Shown: piece after piece, positions 9,494-16,923 of the stretch
How positions within the stretch are numbered: position 1 is the first letter of the stretch
How the letters are laid out: every line of letters begins with the position of its first letter
Source: Fidelibacterota bacterium
GTDB lineage: Bacteria > Fidelibacterota > Fidelibacteria > Fidelibacterales > DSDE01
Reading direction: 5' to 3'
DNA: 25,629 nt
Assembly (NCBI GenBank): GCA_046735395.1
Contig: JBJKQR010000049.1
Span: 1 to 25,629, forward strand
Translations under genes and position numbers: made by a program
Notes under the pieces: model-generated
Databases searched by the model: none
The model's input: only the letters and a program-made list of their open reading frames with translations
What the model was told of the DNA's origin: nothing

Positions 9494-9610
9494 AATTAAT
9501 CGGCAGGGAAAAGTGGAATTCTCCCGGCCTTGGGGCCGCAACGGGGCAAACCCGGCAACAACTTCGACACAGATCCTACCCTCCTCGGCAAAATATAAAG
9601 GAGATCAATA

Positions 9611-9639
9611 TTGTCTTTATACCTGTGAATTTTTAAATT
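9611..9639 (+). promoter_or_regulatory. Putative sigma70 promoter TTGTCT-N17-TAAATT
   Basis: Exact 17-nt spacing, 31 nt upstream of the ATG at 9671. Confidence 0.45.
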
Positions 9640-9670
9640 GGACTCCAACAACAAAAAGGATTTTGAAAAA

Positions 9671-10105
9671 ATGACAAAGTATTGCCCGATAGATGAAAGA
9701 CGAGCAGACAGTATCCTGATTCGTATGGCCGCATTTTTCAGTTTTCTGGTTCTGGGAGCATTCATGTGCTGCGGAAAACTCGGATTCCTGATCCTGCTCA
9801 CTCTGGATTTTCTGCTGAAGAACATTGATCCGAAATACAGCCCGCTTACGCAGCTGGCGAAACTGTTCCGGTCATTGATTCGCAGGCCGGAAAAACCGGT
9901 CAGTTTCGCACCGAAGCAGTTTGCCATGCGCCTGGGACTTATTTTCTCTGCAGTCCTGCTGGGCCTGACCTGTGGCTGTGTCGCCCGGCCTGTCATATTT
10001 TGGGGCTCGGCACTTTTCATCAGTCTCATGACGCTCGAATGGGCTTTTGATTTCTGTGTTGGCTGCAAAATCTACGGATTGCTGGGGATCTTCCGCCGGC
10101 GCTGA
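9671..10105 (+). CDS. DUF4395-like small membrane protein
   Basis: ATG at 9671 after AAGGA (track start 9638 is TTG). Motifs CP.DE...R, SPL, PKQFAMRLG, LEWAFDFCVGCKIY match DUF4395 as I recall the family. Confidence 0.8.
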   Translation: MTKYCPIDERRADSILIRMAAFFSFLVLGAFMCCGKLGFLILLTLDFLLKNIDPKYSPLTQLAKLFRSLIRRPEKPVSFAPKQFAMRLGLIFSAVLLGLTCGCVARPVIFWGSALFISLMTLEWAFDFCVGCKIYGLLGIFRRR

Positions 10106-10141
10106 GATAGGGAATACCGCTCACTCTTCCTCGTTTTTTAT

Positions 10142-10170
10142 TTGTATAACAATATGGCTCTTCATACATT
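10142..10170 (+). promoter_or_regulatory. Putative sigma70 promoter TTGTAT-N17-TACATT
   Basis: Exact 17-nt spacing, 9 nt before the ATG at 10180. Confidence 0.45.
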
Positions 10171-10179
10171 GAACGCTGT

Positions 10180-11910
10180 ATGGATGCATGGTACTCAAAA
10201 TGGGTTTTAAGACCTTTCCTGACAAGGGTGTTTCCGCTGCTTTTTCTGTGGGGAATAGCGGCCCCGGCTCAGGATGCCGGCAAAATAGCTGAAGCCCGAC
10301 TGAGGCAGGCCACAGAACACTTTGTGAAGAATGCGTCCCGGATGGAAAGCCGGGAGGTGTTGAAAGGGTTGCTACAGTTTCGGGATATGCTGACATCTGA
10401 GGACCGGCTTCGTCTCATCAATGGACTGAGGAAGGATGTAAAGGGGGGAGCGGAGGATACGCTGAACTATGAAGCGGGAGCAGCCCTATTTTCAGCGGAT
10501 CGGTACGGAGAGGCTATCCGACAGTTCCGCAAAGTAAGCAGTGAATGTCCCGATATGCATGTGAAAAGCCTTTACAGCTCGGCTCGCGCCTTTAGAAATC
10601 TTCTGAATATTCCGGCGGCTGTTGATCTTTACCGGCAGCTTATCCTGCACTATCCGCAATCGGATCTTGCCGATGATGCGCAGTTCTGGATCGCTCATCT
10701 CGAGGAGGATTACAACGGAAGCATTGAGTCCTTCCGTCTGTTTCCGGATCAGAATATTCAGGGTGATCATCGACAGGGCGCACTCGCCCGTCTGGCCGGG
10801 CTGCTGATCACAACCGGGCGGACCGATGAAGCGCTGAGGCTCATTCATCAGTATCGGAATGAATTTGAGAGCGGATTTGAAGCAGAATTCAGCGAATACT
10901 ACATTCGAAATCACGATTATGATGCGGCGCTGAAACTTCTGCGCAGAGATGATAATACCTGGCCTGGCCGCTTTCAGGAAGCCCGGTTTTTGCTGGAAAG
11001 TATGCTGTACGACGGTGAAAATCCTGAGTCTGTGACGGAAATTTATAAACAGCTTGTGTCCGCATCGTATCAGGATCTGCGCAATTTCCGCAGCTATGCA
11101 CAGAGCGGCAATATCTATAAAGGGATGGAAGCCTTTTCCTTTCTGGAAGCGCGGCAGCGTCAATGTTACCCGGATTCCCTGAGAAGCATTCGCGAGGTTC
11201 TGGAATTTCCCCAGCTGTTCGGCGATCCGAGCGAAGTGATCTATTCCTACAACCGGGCCCTGTCCCTGAAGGGGAACACGGAGGAGCAGGGTATTCTGAT
11301 AAACCGTATTGCTGAAATCATGCTTCGGGAAGGCTATGTTCATGCCTTTCGGATATGGATAAAAAATCACCCTGTTCATGACCCCGCACAGACGGCACGG
11401 CACCTGGAACTGGAGCTCCGCGCCGAAGCCCGGTTCAGGCCGGAGGAAACCCTGGAAAAGCTTAAAATGCTTTCCAATTCATCTGCGGATGTATATCTGT
11501 CGGCAGAATTGCTGGATCTCGTTCCTGATCTTGCTCCGGATATCGGCGAAATGCGCGGGACACTTCAGTTTATCCTTTATCGCTTTCCCCACTCTATGTA
11601 TCGGGATGCAGCGGGCCTGCGGCTGATGCGACTGGCCTTTTATTTAAACGGGGATATGGAAGAGGTTGTAAAAATCAGCGATGGCCTTTCGTCCATGATG
11701 GGGTTCGGCCGTGATTCTGCTGAAATCATGCGGCTGCGGATCGCCGCGCTGGCGCGTCTGGGACATTATGACCAGGCCGTGAAGGATGCGTGCCTGTTCT
11801 CGCTCTCAGATTCCGGATCAGCGGAGGAAATTCTGCAGTTTCTCGTACAGACTGCCTGGAGCGAAGAGCGGGAGGACGTGGTGAAATCCCTAAAAAATTA
11901 CATGTATTGA
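10180..11910 (+). CDS. Exported tetratricopeptide-repeat protein
   Basis: 576 aa; N-terminal hydrophobic signal-like stretch; TPR-like units such as YGEAIRQFRKV, AVDLYRQLILHYPQSDLADDAQFWIA, GRTDEALRLI, FPHSMYRDAA, LGHYDQAVK. Confidence 0.75.
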   Translation: MDAWYSKWVLRPFLTRVFPLLFLWGIAAPAQDAGKIAEARLRQATEHFVKNASRMESREVLKGLLQFRDMLTSEDRLRLINGLRKDVKGGAEDTLNYEAGAALFSADRYGEAIRQFRKVSSECPDMHVKSLYSSARAFRNLLNIPAAVDLYRQLILHYPQSDLADDAQFWIAHLEEDYNGSIESFRLFPDQNIQGDHRQGALARLAGLLITTGRTDEALRLIHQYRNEFESGFEAEFSEYYIRNHDYDAALKLLRRDDNTWPGRFQEARFLLESMLYDGENPESVTEIYKQLVSASYQDLRNFRSYAQSGNIYKGMEAFSFLEARQRQCYPDSLRSIREVLEFPQLFGDPSEVIYSYNRALSLKGNTEEQGILINRIAEIMLREGYVHAFRIWIKNHPVHDPAQTARHLELELRAEARFRPEETLEKLKMLSNSSADVYLSAELLDLVPDLAPDIGEMRGTLQFILYRFPHSMYRDAAGLRLMRLAFYLNGDMEEVVKISDGLSSMMGFGRDSAEIMRLRIAALARLGHYDQAVKDACLFSLSDSGSAEEILQFLVQTAWSEEREDVVKSLKNYMY

Positions 11911-11951
11911 AAAAGGAATTGAATGAATCAGACAGAACAGGAGGAGCGGCT

Positions 11952-13022
11952 GTGAACGGGCACCATCGCAGTAAATCATTTGTTCAGAAAATCGGGATGC
12001 CACCGGGCTCCATGGTTTATATCGGGGATAAAAAAGTTGAAGCCTCAAAAATCGAAGTCATCGATTTTCGGGGTGATGAGTTTCAGCAGCTGTTTGTCGA
12101 GACGGCGAAAGGTATTCAGCCGTTTATAGACAGGGACAGCGTCACCTGGGTGAATGTGGCGGGCCTGCACGAAGTGGAAAGAGTGGAATCCATCGGAAAA
12201 CTGCTGGATCTTCATCCACTGGTCATGGAGGACATTATCAATACGGAGCAGAGGGCAAAGATCGAAATCTTCGATGACTACATCTTTATTGCCATGAAAC
12301 TGTTCAATTACGATGCCGGGTCCGGCCATGTCCGCAAGGATCAGCTCAGTATCATTCTCGCAAAGAATTGCCTCTTCACTTTTCAGGAAGTGCCTGAAAC
12401 CATTCTGGACCCTCTCCGGCAACGTATCCGGAATGCCAGCGGACGCATCCGGAAAAATGGACCGGATTACCTGCTCTACGCGATTCTCGATATTGTGATT
12501 GATCATTATGCCTATGTGCTGGAAAACCTGCACGATGTCATTGAGGACCTGGAGGAAGCGGTACTGCGGAATGACGCGGGCGAACTTCTGCAGCAGATTC
12601 ACTTTTTAAAGAATGAGACGATCGGATTCCGCAAGACCATGTGGCCGGTGCGGGAGATTATCAGCACCCTGACCCATGATGATCATCCGCTGCTGCAGGA
12701 GCACAGTGACCTGTATTTCCGTGATGTGGCCGATCACCTGCTGCATGCCTCCGAATCCGTCGATACGCTGCGGGAACGGCTCACGGGACTGATGGATATT
12801 TACCTGAATCAGGCCAGCAACCGCATGAACGAAGTCATGAAGGTGCTCACCATCATCGCCACCATTTTTATTCCGCTCAGTTTTCTCACCGGAGTCTACG
12901 GAATGAATTTTGAATATTTTCCCGAACTGAAATGGCATTTCGGCTATGCCTACTTCTGGGGAGCGTCCCTGCTGATGTCGCTGGGAATGCTGCGCTATTT
13001 CAAACGGAAACGGTGGTTCTGA
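11952..13022 (+). CDS. corA: Magnesium/cobalt transporter CorA
   Basis: KIGMPPGS N-terminus, LHPLVMEDIIN..QRAK, MNEVMKVLT, signature YGMNF..PEL, basic C-terminus. Start reassigned to GTG at 11952 after GGAGGAG; the track start at 11790 overlaps the upstream gene. Confidence 0.95.
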   Translation: MNGHHRSKSFVQKIGMPPGSMVYIGDKKVEASKIEVIDFRGDEFQQLFVETAKGIQPFIDRDSVTWVNVAGLHEVERVESIGKLLDLHPLVMEDIINTEQRAKIEIFDDYIFIAMKLFNYDAGSGHVRKDQLSIILAKNCLFTFQEVPETILDPLRQRIRNASGRIRKNGPDYLLYAILDIVIDHYAYVLENLHDVIEDLEEAVLRNDAGELLQQIHFLKNETIGFRKTMWPVREIISTLTHDDHPLLQEHSDLYFRDVADHLLHASESVDTLRERLTGLMDIYLNQASNRMNEVMKVLTIIATIFIPLSFLTGVYGMNFEYFPELKWHFGYAYFWGASLLMSLGMLRYFKRKRWF

Positions 13023-13059
13023 ATTATTTATGCTCACTGTTGAATGAAACAGCCTTTTT

Positions 13060-13165
13060 GTTGGTTGGAGGGTTGGATGGTTAGCGGGTTGGCTCGTTAA
13101 ATAGTTGAAAGTTAAATAGTTAAATAGTTGAAAGTTAAAAAGTTGAAAGTTGAAAAGTTAAAAAA
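13060..13165. repeat. GTT-anchored 7/8-mer tandem repeat tract
   Basis: Units GTTG, GTTGGAGG, GTTGGATG, GTTAGCGG, GTTGGCTC, GTTAAATA, GTTGAAA, GTTAAATA, GTTAAATA, GTTGAAA, GTTAAAAA, GTTGAAA, GTTGAAAA, GTTAAAAAA. Confidence 0.9.
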
Positions 13166-13231
13166 TTTTAACCGGCGGTAAACTGTCCCTTATGTCTTGA
13201 TAATATCGGCATCTTCGCAATTCGTAAAACC

Positions 13232-13258
13232 AGATTGCGGATCAGGTCCGCAATGACG
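13232..13258. repeat. REP-like palindrome (ATTGCGGA-tcagg-TCCGCAAT, then GAC)
   Basis: Perfect 8-bp stem at 13234-13241/13247-13254 with a 5-nt loop, between convergent genes. May act as a terminator or RNA stability element. Confidence 0.7.
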
Positions 13259-13260
13259 TA

Positions 13261-13284
13261 GGCTTCGGCTCCGCTCAGCCACCG
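13261..13284. repeat. REP-like element GGCTTCGGCTCCGCTCAGCCACCG
   Basis: Imperfect GGCT...AGCC palindrome. The reverse complement GGTGGCTGAGCGGAGCCGAAGCC resembles a dispersed extragenic repeat I recognise from other bacterial genomes. Only one copy in the window. Confidence 0.6.
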
Positions 13285-13286
13285 GG

Positions 13287-13368
13287 TGATACCACTCAGT
13301 CACCGAATGATACCACTCAGCCACCGAATGATACCACTCAGTCACCGAATGATACCACTCAGCCACCG
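13287..13368. repeat. 21-bp tandem repeat TGATACCACTCAGYCACCGAA, about 4 copies
   Basis: Units start at 13287, 13308, 13329 and 13350 (last is 19 bp). No spacers; Y alternates T,C,T,C. Confidence 0.95.
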
Positions 13369-13425
13369 TCGGTTTCGTTCCAGTCAAAGTTTCACCTTTC
13401 ACCCAGACGCCCTCTCATCTCGCTA

Positions 13426-13479
13426 CTTGCTTGCCGCATCGAAGCTTCAGCGGAGACAGGTAACTCGATACTCGATACT
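13426..13479. repeat. Degenerate palindrome centred on GAAGCTTC, followed by ACTCGAT x2
   Basis: CTTGCTTGCCGCATC-GAAGCTTC-AGCGGAGACAGG, then heptamer ACTCGAT at 13463 and 13470. Confidence 0.45.
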
Positions 13480-13519
13480 GGCGAAGCGAAAAAAAGACGG
13501 GTAAGTCGCTAATCGATTG

Positions 13520-14215
13520 TCAGCGTCTCCGTCCAAAGAGACGGAGGAGCAGGAGAAAGAGATTGATGAAATCGAGGTAGAGAATCAGTGCGCCCATGAT
13601 GGATTCCTTCCGGTCCTCCTCGCTGCCCTCGTTGCCGATCACGTTCATCGCCTTGATTTTCTGGGTATCATAGGCTGTGAGAGCCACGAAGATGAGAATG
13701 CCGATGTAGGTTGTCATCCAGTACAGCATGGGGCTTTTAAAGAAGATATTGAATACGGAGGCGAGGATGATGCCGATGAGTCCCATGAACGCGAGATTGC
13801 CCACGCGGGTGAGGTCGCTTTTTGTGACATAGCCGTAGAAACTCATTATGGCGAAGGTCAGCGCCGTAAGCAGAAATGTGGAGGACAGGCTCTGAGCCGT
13901 ATAGATTAGGAATATAAAGGAAAGGGTGACGCCATTGAGAGCGGAATATCCGAGAAATACGAGCAGGGCGGTATTGGCGCTCATGGATCGTACGGCCGCG
14001 GTCAGGTAGCCCACCAGCGCCAGTTCACCGATGAAGAGGAGGAGGAAAAGCATGGAATGATTCATGAGGAAAGCGATGATTTCCTGTGAGGATGCGACGC
14101 GCATTGCCACGAATCCGGTGAGCAGAAGAGCAAGGCTCATCCATCCGTAGACACGGGTTATGAATCGCTGATTTTCAAGTTCCATATCCTGTATGGCAAG
14201 GGTTGCTCTGTTCAT
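13520..14215 (-). CDS. Bax inhibitor-1/YccA (TMBIM) family membrane protein
   Basis: 231 aa, about 7 TM segments; FITRVYGWM, YGYVTKSDL, LTAYDTQKIK and ALILYLDFINLFL motifs. Confidence 0.93.
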   Translation of the reverse strand: MNRATLAIQDMELENQRFITRVYGWMSLALLLTGFVAMRVASSQEIIAFLMNHSMLFLLLFIGELALVGYLTAAVRSMSANTALLVFLGYSALNGVTLSFIFLIYTAQSLSSTFLLTALTFAIMSFYGYVTKSDLTRVGNLAFMGLIGIILASVFNIFFKSPMLYWMTTYIGILIFVALTAYDTQKIKAMNVIGNEGSEEDRKESIMGALILYLDFINLFLLLLRLFGRRR

Positions 14216-15108
14216 TTCAAATCCTTTCGAGTGCTGTCTGCTTTGTTTTCATACTGTCCTGAACGCTGCAGCAGCTTCATTTGTTCCATCATGCTGTTCT
14301 GTGCGGCCTGAAGTGAATCCAGGCGTGAAACCGTCCGGGTCAGCGCCTGATTATTCCGTTCAAGCGAATTGCTCACCACGGACAGCAGGCTGTCATGGCG
14401 GGCAATTTCCGTCTGGAATCCGGTGAATTGCGTATTGATCTCATTATAGCGGTCTGATAGGAAAACCTGCTTGTCACGAATCTGCTGAGACGATTTTTCG
14501 AAACTGTACTGGATGATATCCATGATGCTGCTTTCAACGATGGACAGATCTTCGTACAGATTTTTGGTGGTCTTTGCCAGATTGCTGTAACTCAGCTGCA
14601 GACTGTCCAGATTTTTCTGTACGACCAGCAGCTGCCGCTTCTGGATAGACTCGGGTTTGCTCCCGTCAGAGTCTTCAACCGACAGAAGCTGATTATAGAT
14701 ATTCGACTGGCGGCTGTTCAGGGTCAGGAGCGAATCCATGATTCCTTCATAATACCCGACCACATTCTGCAGGGAACTGATCTGCAGATTCAGTTTCTGG
14801 ATCTCCGTATCCTTGCTGACGATCTGCCGGCTGAATTCTTCGGACAGGCTGCTGTTCTGCACCCGAAGCTGGGCAATGAAACGGTTGTTCTGTTCGGTCC
14901 GGTCAATGAGGCTGTCCAGCTGACTTTCCAGTTTTTTCAGATCCTTGATCTTGGTGTCCAGTATGCCATAGGTTCTCAGGCTCTGGCTGTCCACGTAGCT
15001 GCGGCTGGCCGGAGTGTAGGAGGGAGGAACGACGCTGCAGGACAGGAACAGGACAGGAAGCAGCAGGCTGCCGGGGATACGGCGAAAGGGAAATAATTTC
15101 ATAATCAT
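14212..15108 (-). CDS. Coiled-coil lipoprotein, function unknown
   Basis: Basic N-terminus, hydrophobic stretch and lipobox FLS-C; long Q/S/L-rich heptad pattern; ATGA overlap with the YccA-family gene. Confidence 0.75.
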   Translation of the reverse strand: MIMKLFPFRRIPGSLLLPVLFLSCSVVPPSYTPASRSYVDSQSLRTYGILDTKIKDLKKLESQLDSLIDRTEQNNRFIAQLRVQNSSLSEEFSRQIVSKDTEIQKLNLQISSLQNVVGYYEGIMDSLLTLNSRQSNIYNQLLSVEDSDGSKPESIQKRQLLVVQKNLDSLQLSYSNLAKTTKNLYEDLSIVESSIMDIIQYSFEKSSQQIRDKQVFLSDRYNEINTQFTGFQTEIARHDSLLSVVSNSLERNNQALTRTVSRLDSLQAAQNSMMEQMKLLQRSGQYENKADSTRKDLK

Positions 15109-15391
15109 GAATAGAACTTACACAGAAAGACGGAGAAATGGAACGGAGCATTTTACTTATTGCTGCGAATTCCCTATAATAGACTTGGAAGGCAGACGCT
15201 TCTCTAGCTAATTTGAAGGAAGCAGGACATCTTTTCATTCAACTGCAAAATATCTCTGATGAGCGTGTAAGTGCTTCATTTTCATTATCTGAAAATCCAC
15301 CTGAAATTGTCCCTTTTAACGCACGCCGCATCAAGTCAAATAAAAAAGGTCGGAAATGGTCACAGAGCTGTATTTTAGCTGAGATAGTTTA

Positions 15392-15420
15392 TTGACTATG
15401 ATTGCATGTTTGGCTAAATT
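15392..15420 (+). promoter_or_regulatory. Putative sigma70 promoter of the nuo operon, TTGACT-N17-TAAATT
   Basis: Near-consensus hexamers with 17-nt spacing; SD AAGGAG at 15439-15444 before ATG 15453. Confidence 0.6.
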
Positions 15421-15452
15421 CACGGCGTGATACGAGCTAAGGAGTAACGGGA

Positions 15453-15890
15453 ATGATTCAAAGTTTTACAGTGACTTTTATCTATCTGTTCGCGGCCGTG
15501 ATACTGCTGAATGTTGCACTGCAGCTGGCAAGGGTTATGCGGCCTCGTGAAACCCGCCCCGAAGACGATGAAGGGCGGAAGATCAAGTATATGACGTACG
15601 AATGCGGTATTGAGATTCTGGGAGATTCCTGGATTCAGTTCAACAGCCGCTTCTATGTCACGGCGCTGATCTTCATCATTTTCGATGTGGAAGCTTTGCT
15701 GCTCTTTCCATGGGCAGTGGTTTTCATGAAGATCGGAATGGTGGCCTTTTTTGAAATGCTCATTTTTCTTCTGATCCTGGCAGTGGGCCTGGCCTACGCG
15801 TGGGTGAAGGGAGATCTGGAATGGGTGAAGGTGCAGGTCAGGAACGCCGGAAAACGATATGACAATATATTAACGGAGTCTGAGTTATGA
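15453..15890 (+). CDS. nuoA: Complex I subunit A
   Basis: [34 protein letters not shown]. Confidence 0.96.
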   Translation: MIQSFTVTFIYLFAAVILLNVALQLARVMRPRETRPEDDEGRKIKYMTYECGIEILGDSWIQFNSRFYVTALIFIIFDVEALLLFPWAVVFMKIGMVAFFEMLIFLLILAVGLAYAWVKGDLEWVKVQVRNAGKRYDNILTESEL

Positions 15891-16408
15891 CCAACACCGA
15901 TATCGTCAATGTGAGCAGGGATAGTTCGGATAACATTATTCTTGCCAAACTCGATAAAATCCTGTCGCTGGCCCGATCCCACTCACAGTGGTATCTCCAG
16001 TTCGGTCTGGCCTGCTGTGCCATTGAGATGATGGCCACGGCGGCGGCCCGTCACGATCTCGATCGTTTCGGAGCTATGCCCCGGACCACTCCGAGACAGG
16101 CTGATCTCATTTTTATTTCCGGGACGGTTACTCTGAAAATGGCAGAGAAGATCAAAGTGCTGTGGGAACAGATGCCGGAACCCAAATACTGCATCGCCAT
16201 GGGATCCTGCGCCATCAGCGGAGGCCCCTACAGCCGTCATGGTTATCATGTGCTGAAGGGTGTGGATCTTGTCATTCCTGTGGACGTGTATGTTCCCGGA
16301 TGTCCGCCCCGGCCTGAAGCGCTGCTTGAAGGTCTTCTGCTTCTGCAGGAGAAGGTCAAGAAGGAAAAAATTCTCAGTCAGAAATTTCTGAAGAAAAAGA
16401 GCAGTTAA
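15887..16408 (+). CDS. nuoB: Complex I subunit B (N2 cluster)
   Basis: [36 protein letters not shown]. Confidence 0.97.
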   Translation: MTNTDIVNVSRDSSDNIILAKLDKILSLARSHSQWYLQFGLACCAIEMMATAAARHDLDRFGAMPRTTPRQADLIFISGTVTLKMAEKIKVLWEQMPEPKYCIAMGSCAISGGPYSRHGYHVLKGVDLVIPVDVYVPGCPPRPEALLEGLLLLQEKVKKEKILSQKFLKKKSS

Positions 16409-16410
16409 AT

Positions 16411-16914
16411 ATGGATAAACAACACATTTACGATGAACTCAAGGGCAAGTTCGGCGATAAGGTTCTTGCCTATGATGCGGAGAACAGCAATCCGGAAAAG
16501 ATCAGTGTTGCACCCGCAGCTCTGAAGGATGTCTGTGCATGGCTGGCATCGGAAAGCAGTGTCCCTTTCGATTCGCTCATGTGCCTGTCCGGATTTGATA
16601 CAGGTGCGGACAGTGATCTGGGTGTCATCCTGCATCTGCACTCCATGAAGGATAATGTGACCCTGGCCGTGGAAGCCCTCTGTCCCCGGGAAAATCCGGC
16701 CGTAACCTCGGTCACCTCCGTTTACAGCACTGCGAACTGGCATGAACGTGAGACCTACGATATGTACGGAATCCGCTTTGATGGCCATCCGGACCTGAAA
16801 CGCATGTTTCTGGCGGAAGACTGGGAAGGCCATCCCCTGAGAAAGGACTACGTGGCTGCGGATTACTGGCATGGAATGCCGATTGCCAAAGAATTAACTC
16901 AAAAAATGAAATAG
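16411..16914 (+). CDS. nuoC: Complex I subunit C
   Basis: ANWHERETYDMYGIRFDGHPDLKR...GHPLRKDY. Confidence 0.96.
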   Translation: MDKQHIYDELKGKFGDKVLAYDAENSNPEKISVAPAALKDVCAWLASESSVPFDSLMCLSGFDTGADSDLGVILHLHSMKDNVTLAVEALCPRENPAVTSVTSVYSTANWHERETYDMYGIRFDGHPDLKRMFLAEDWEGHPLRKDYVAADYWHGMPIAKELTQKMK

Positions 16915-16923
16915 AGAAATACT

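Noticed and set aside
9537..9590. c-di-GMP-I riboswitch-like GGGCAAACC motif
   Set aside because: The required GNRA-capped P2 stem and GGGACGCAAA segment are absent; only short local hairpins can form.
10081..10130. TPP riboswitch-like GCTGAGA
   Set aside because: It overlaps a stop codon and lacks the downstream CCUGA/UAAU/AGGGA core.
11790..11951. 54-aa N-terminal extension of CorA
   Set aside because: It overlaps the TPR gene; GTG at 11952 has a strong SD and gives a normal-length CorA.
13261..13368. CRISPR array
   Set aside because: The 21-bp units are directly adjacent with no unique spacers, and there are no cas genes in the window.
13286..13504. Plus-strand ORF with MIPLSHR repeats
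   Set aside because: It begins inside the tandem array, has no RBS, and is simply a translation of the repeat.
15278..15296. Inverted repeat ATTTTCA-N5-TGAAAAT upstream of nuoA as an operator
   Set aside because: Short and AT-rich, about 95 bp from the predicted -35, and does not match Rex, FNR or CRP consensus; could be chance.
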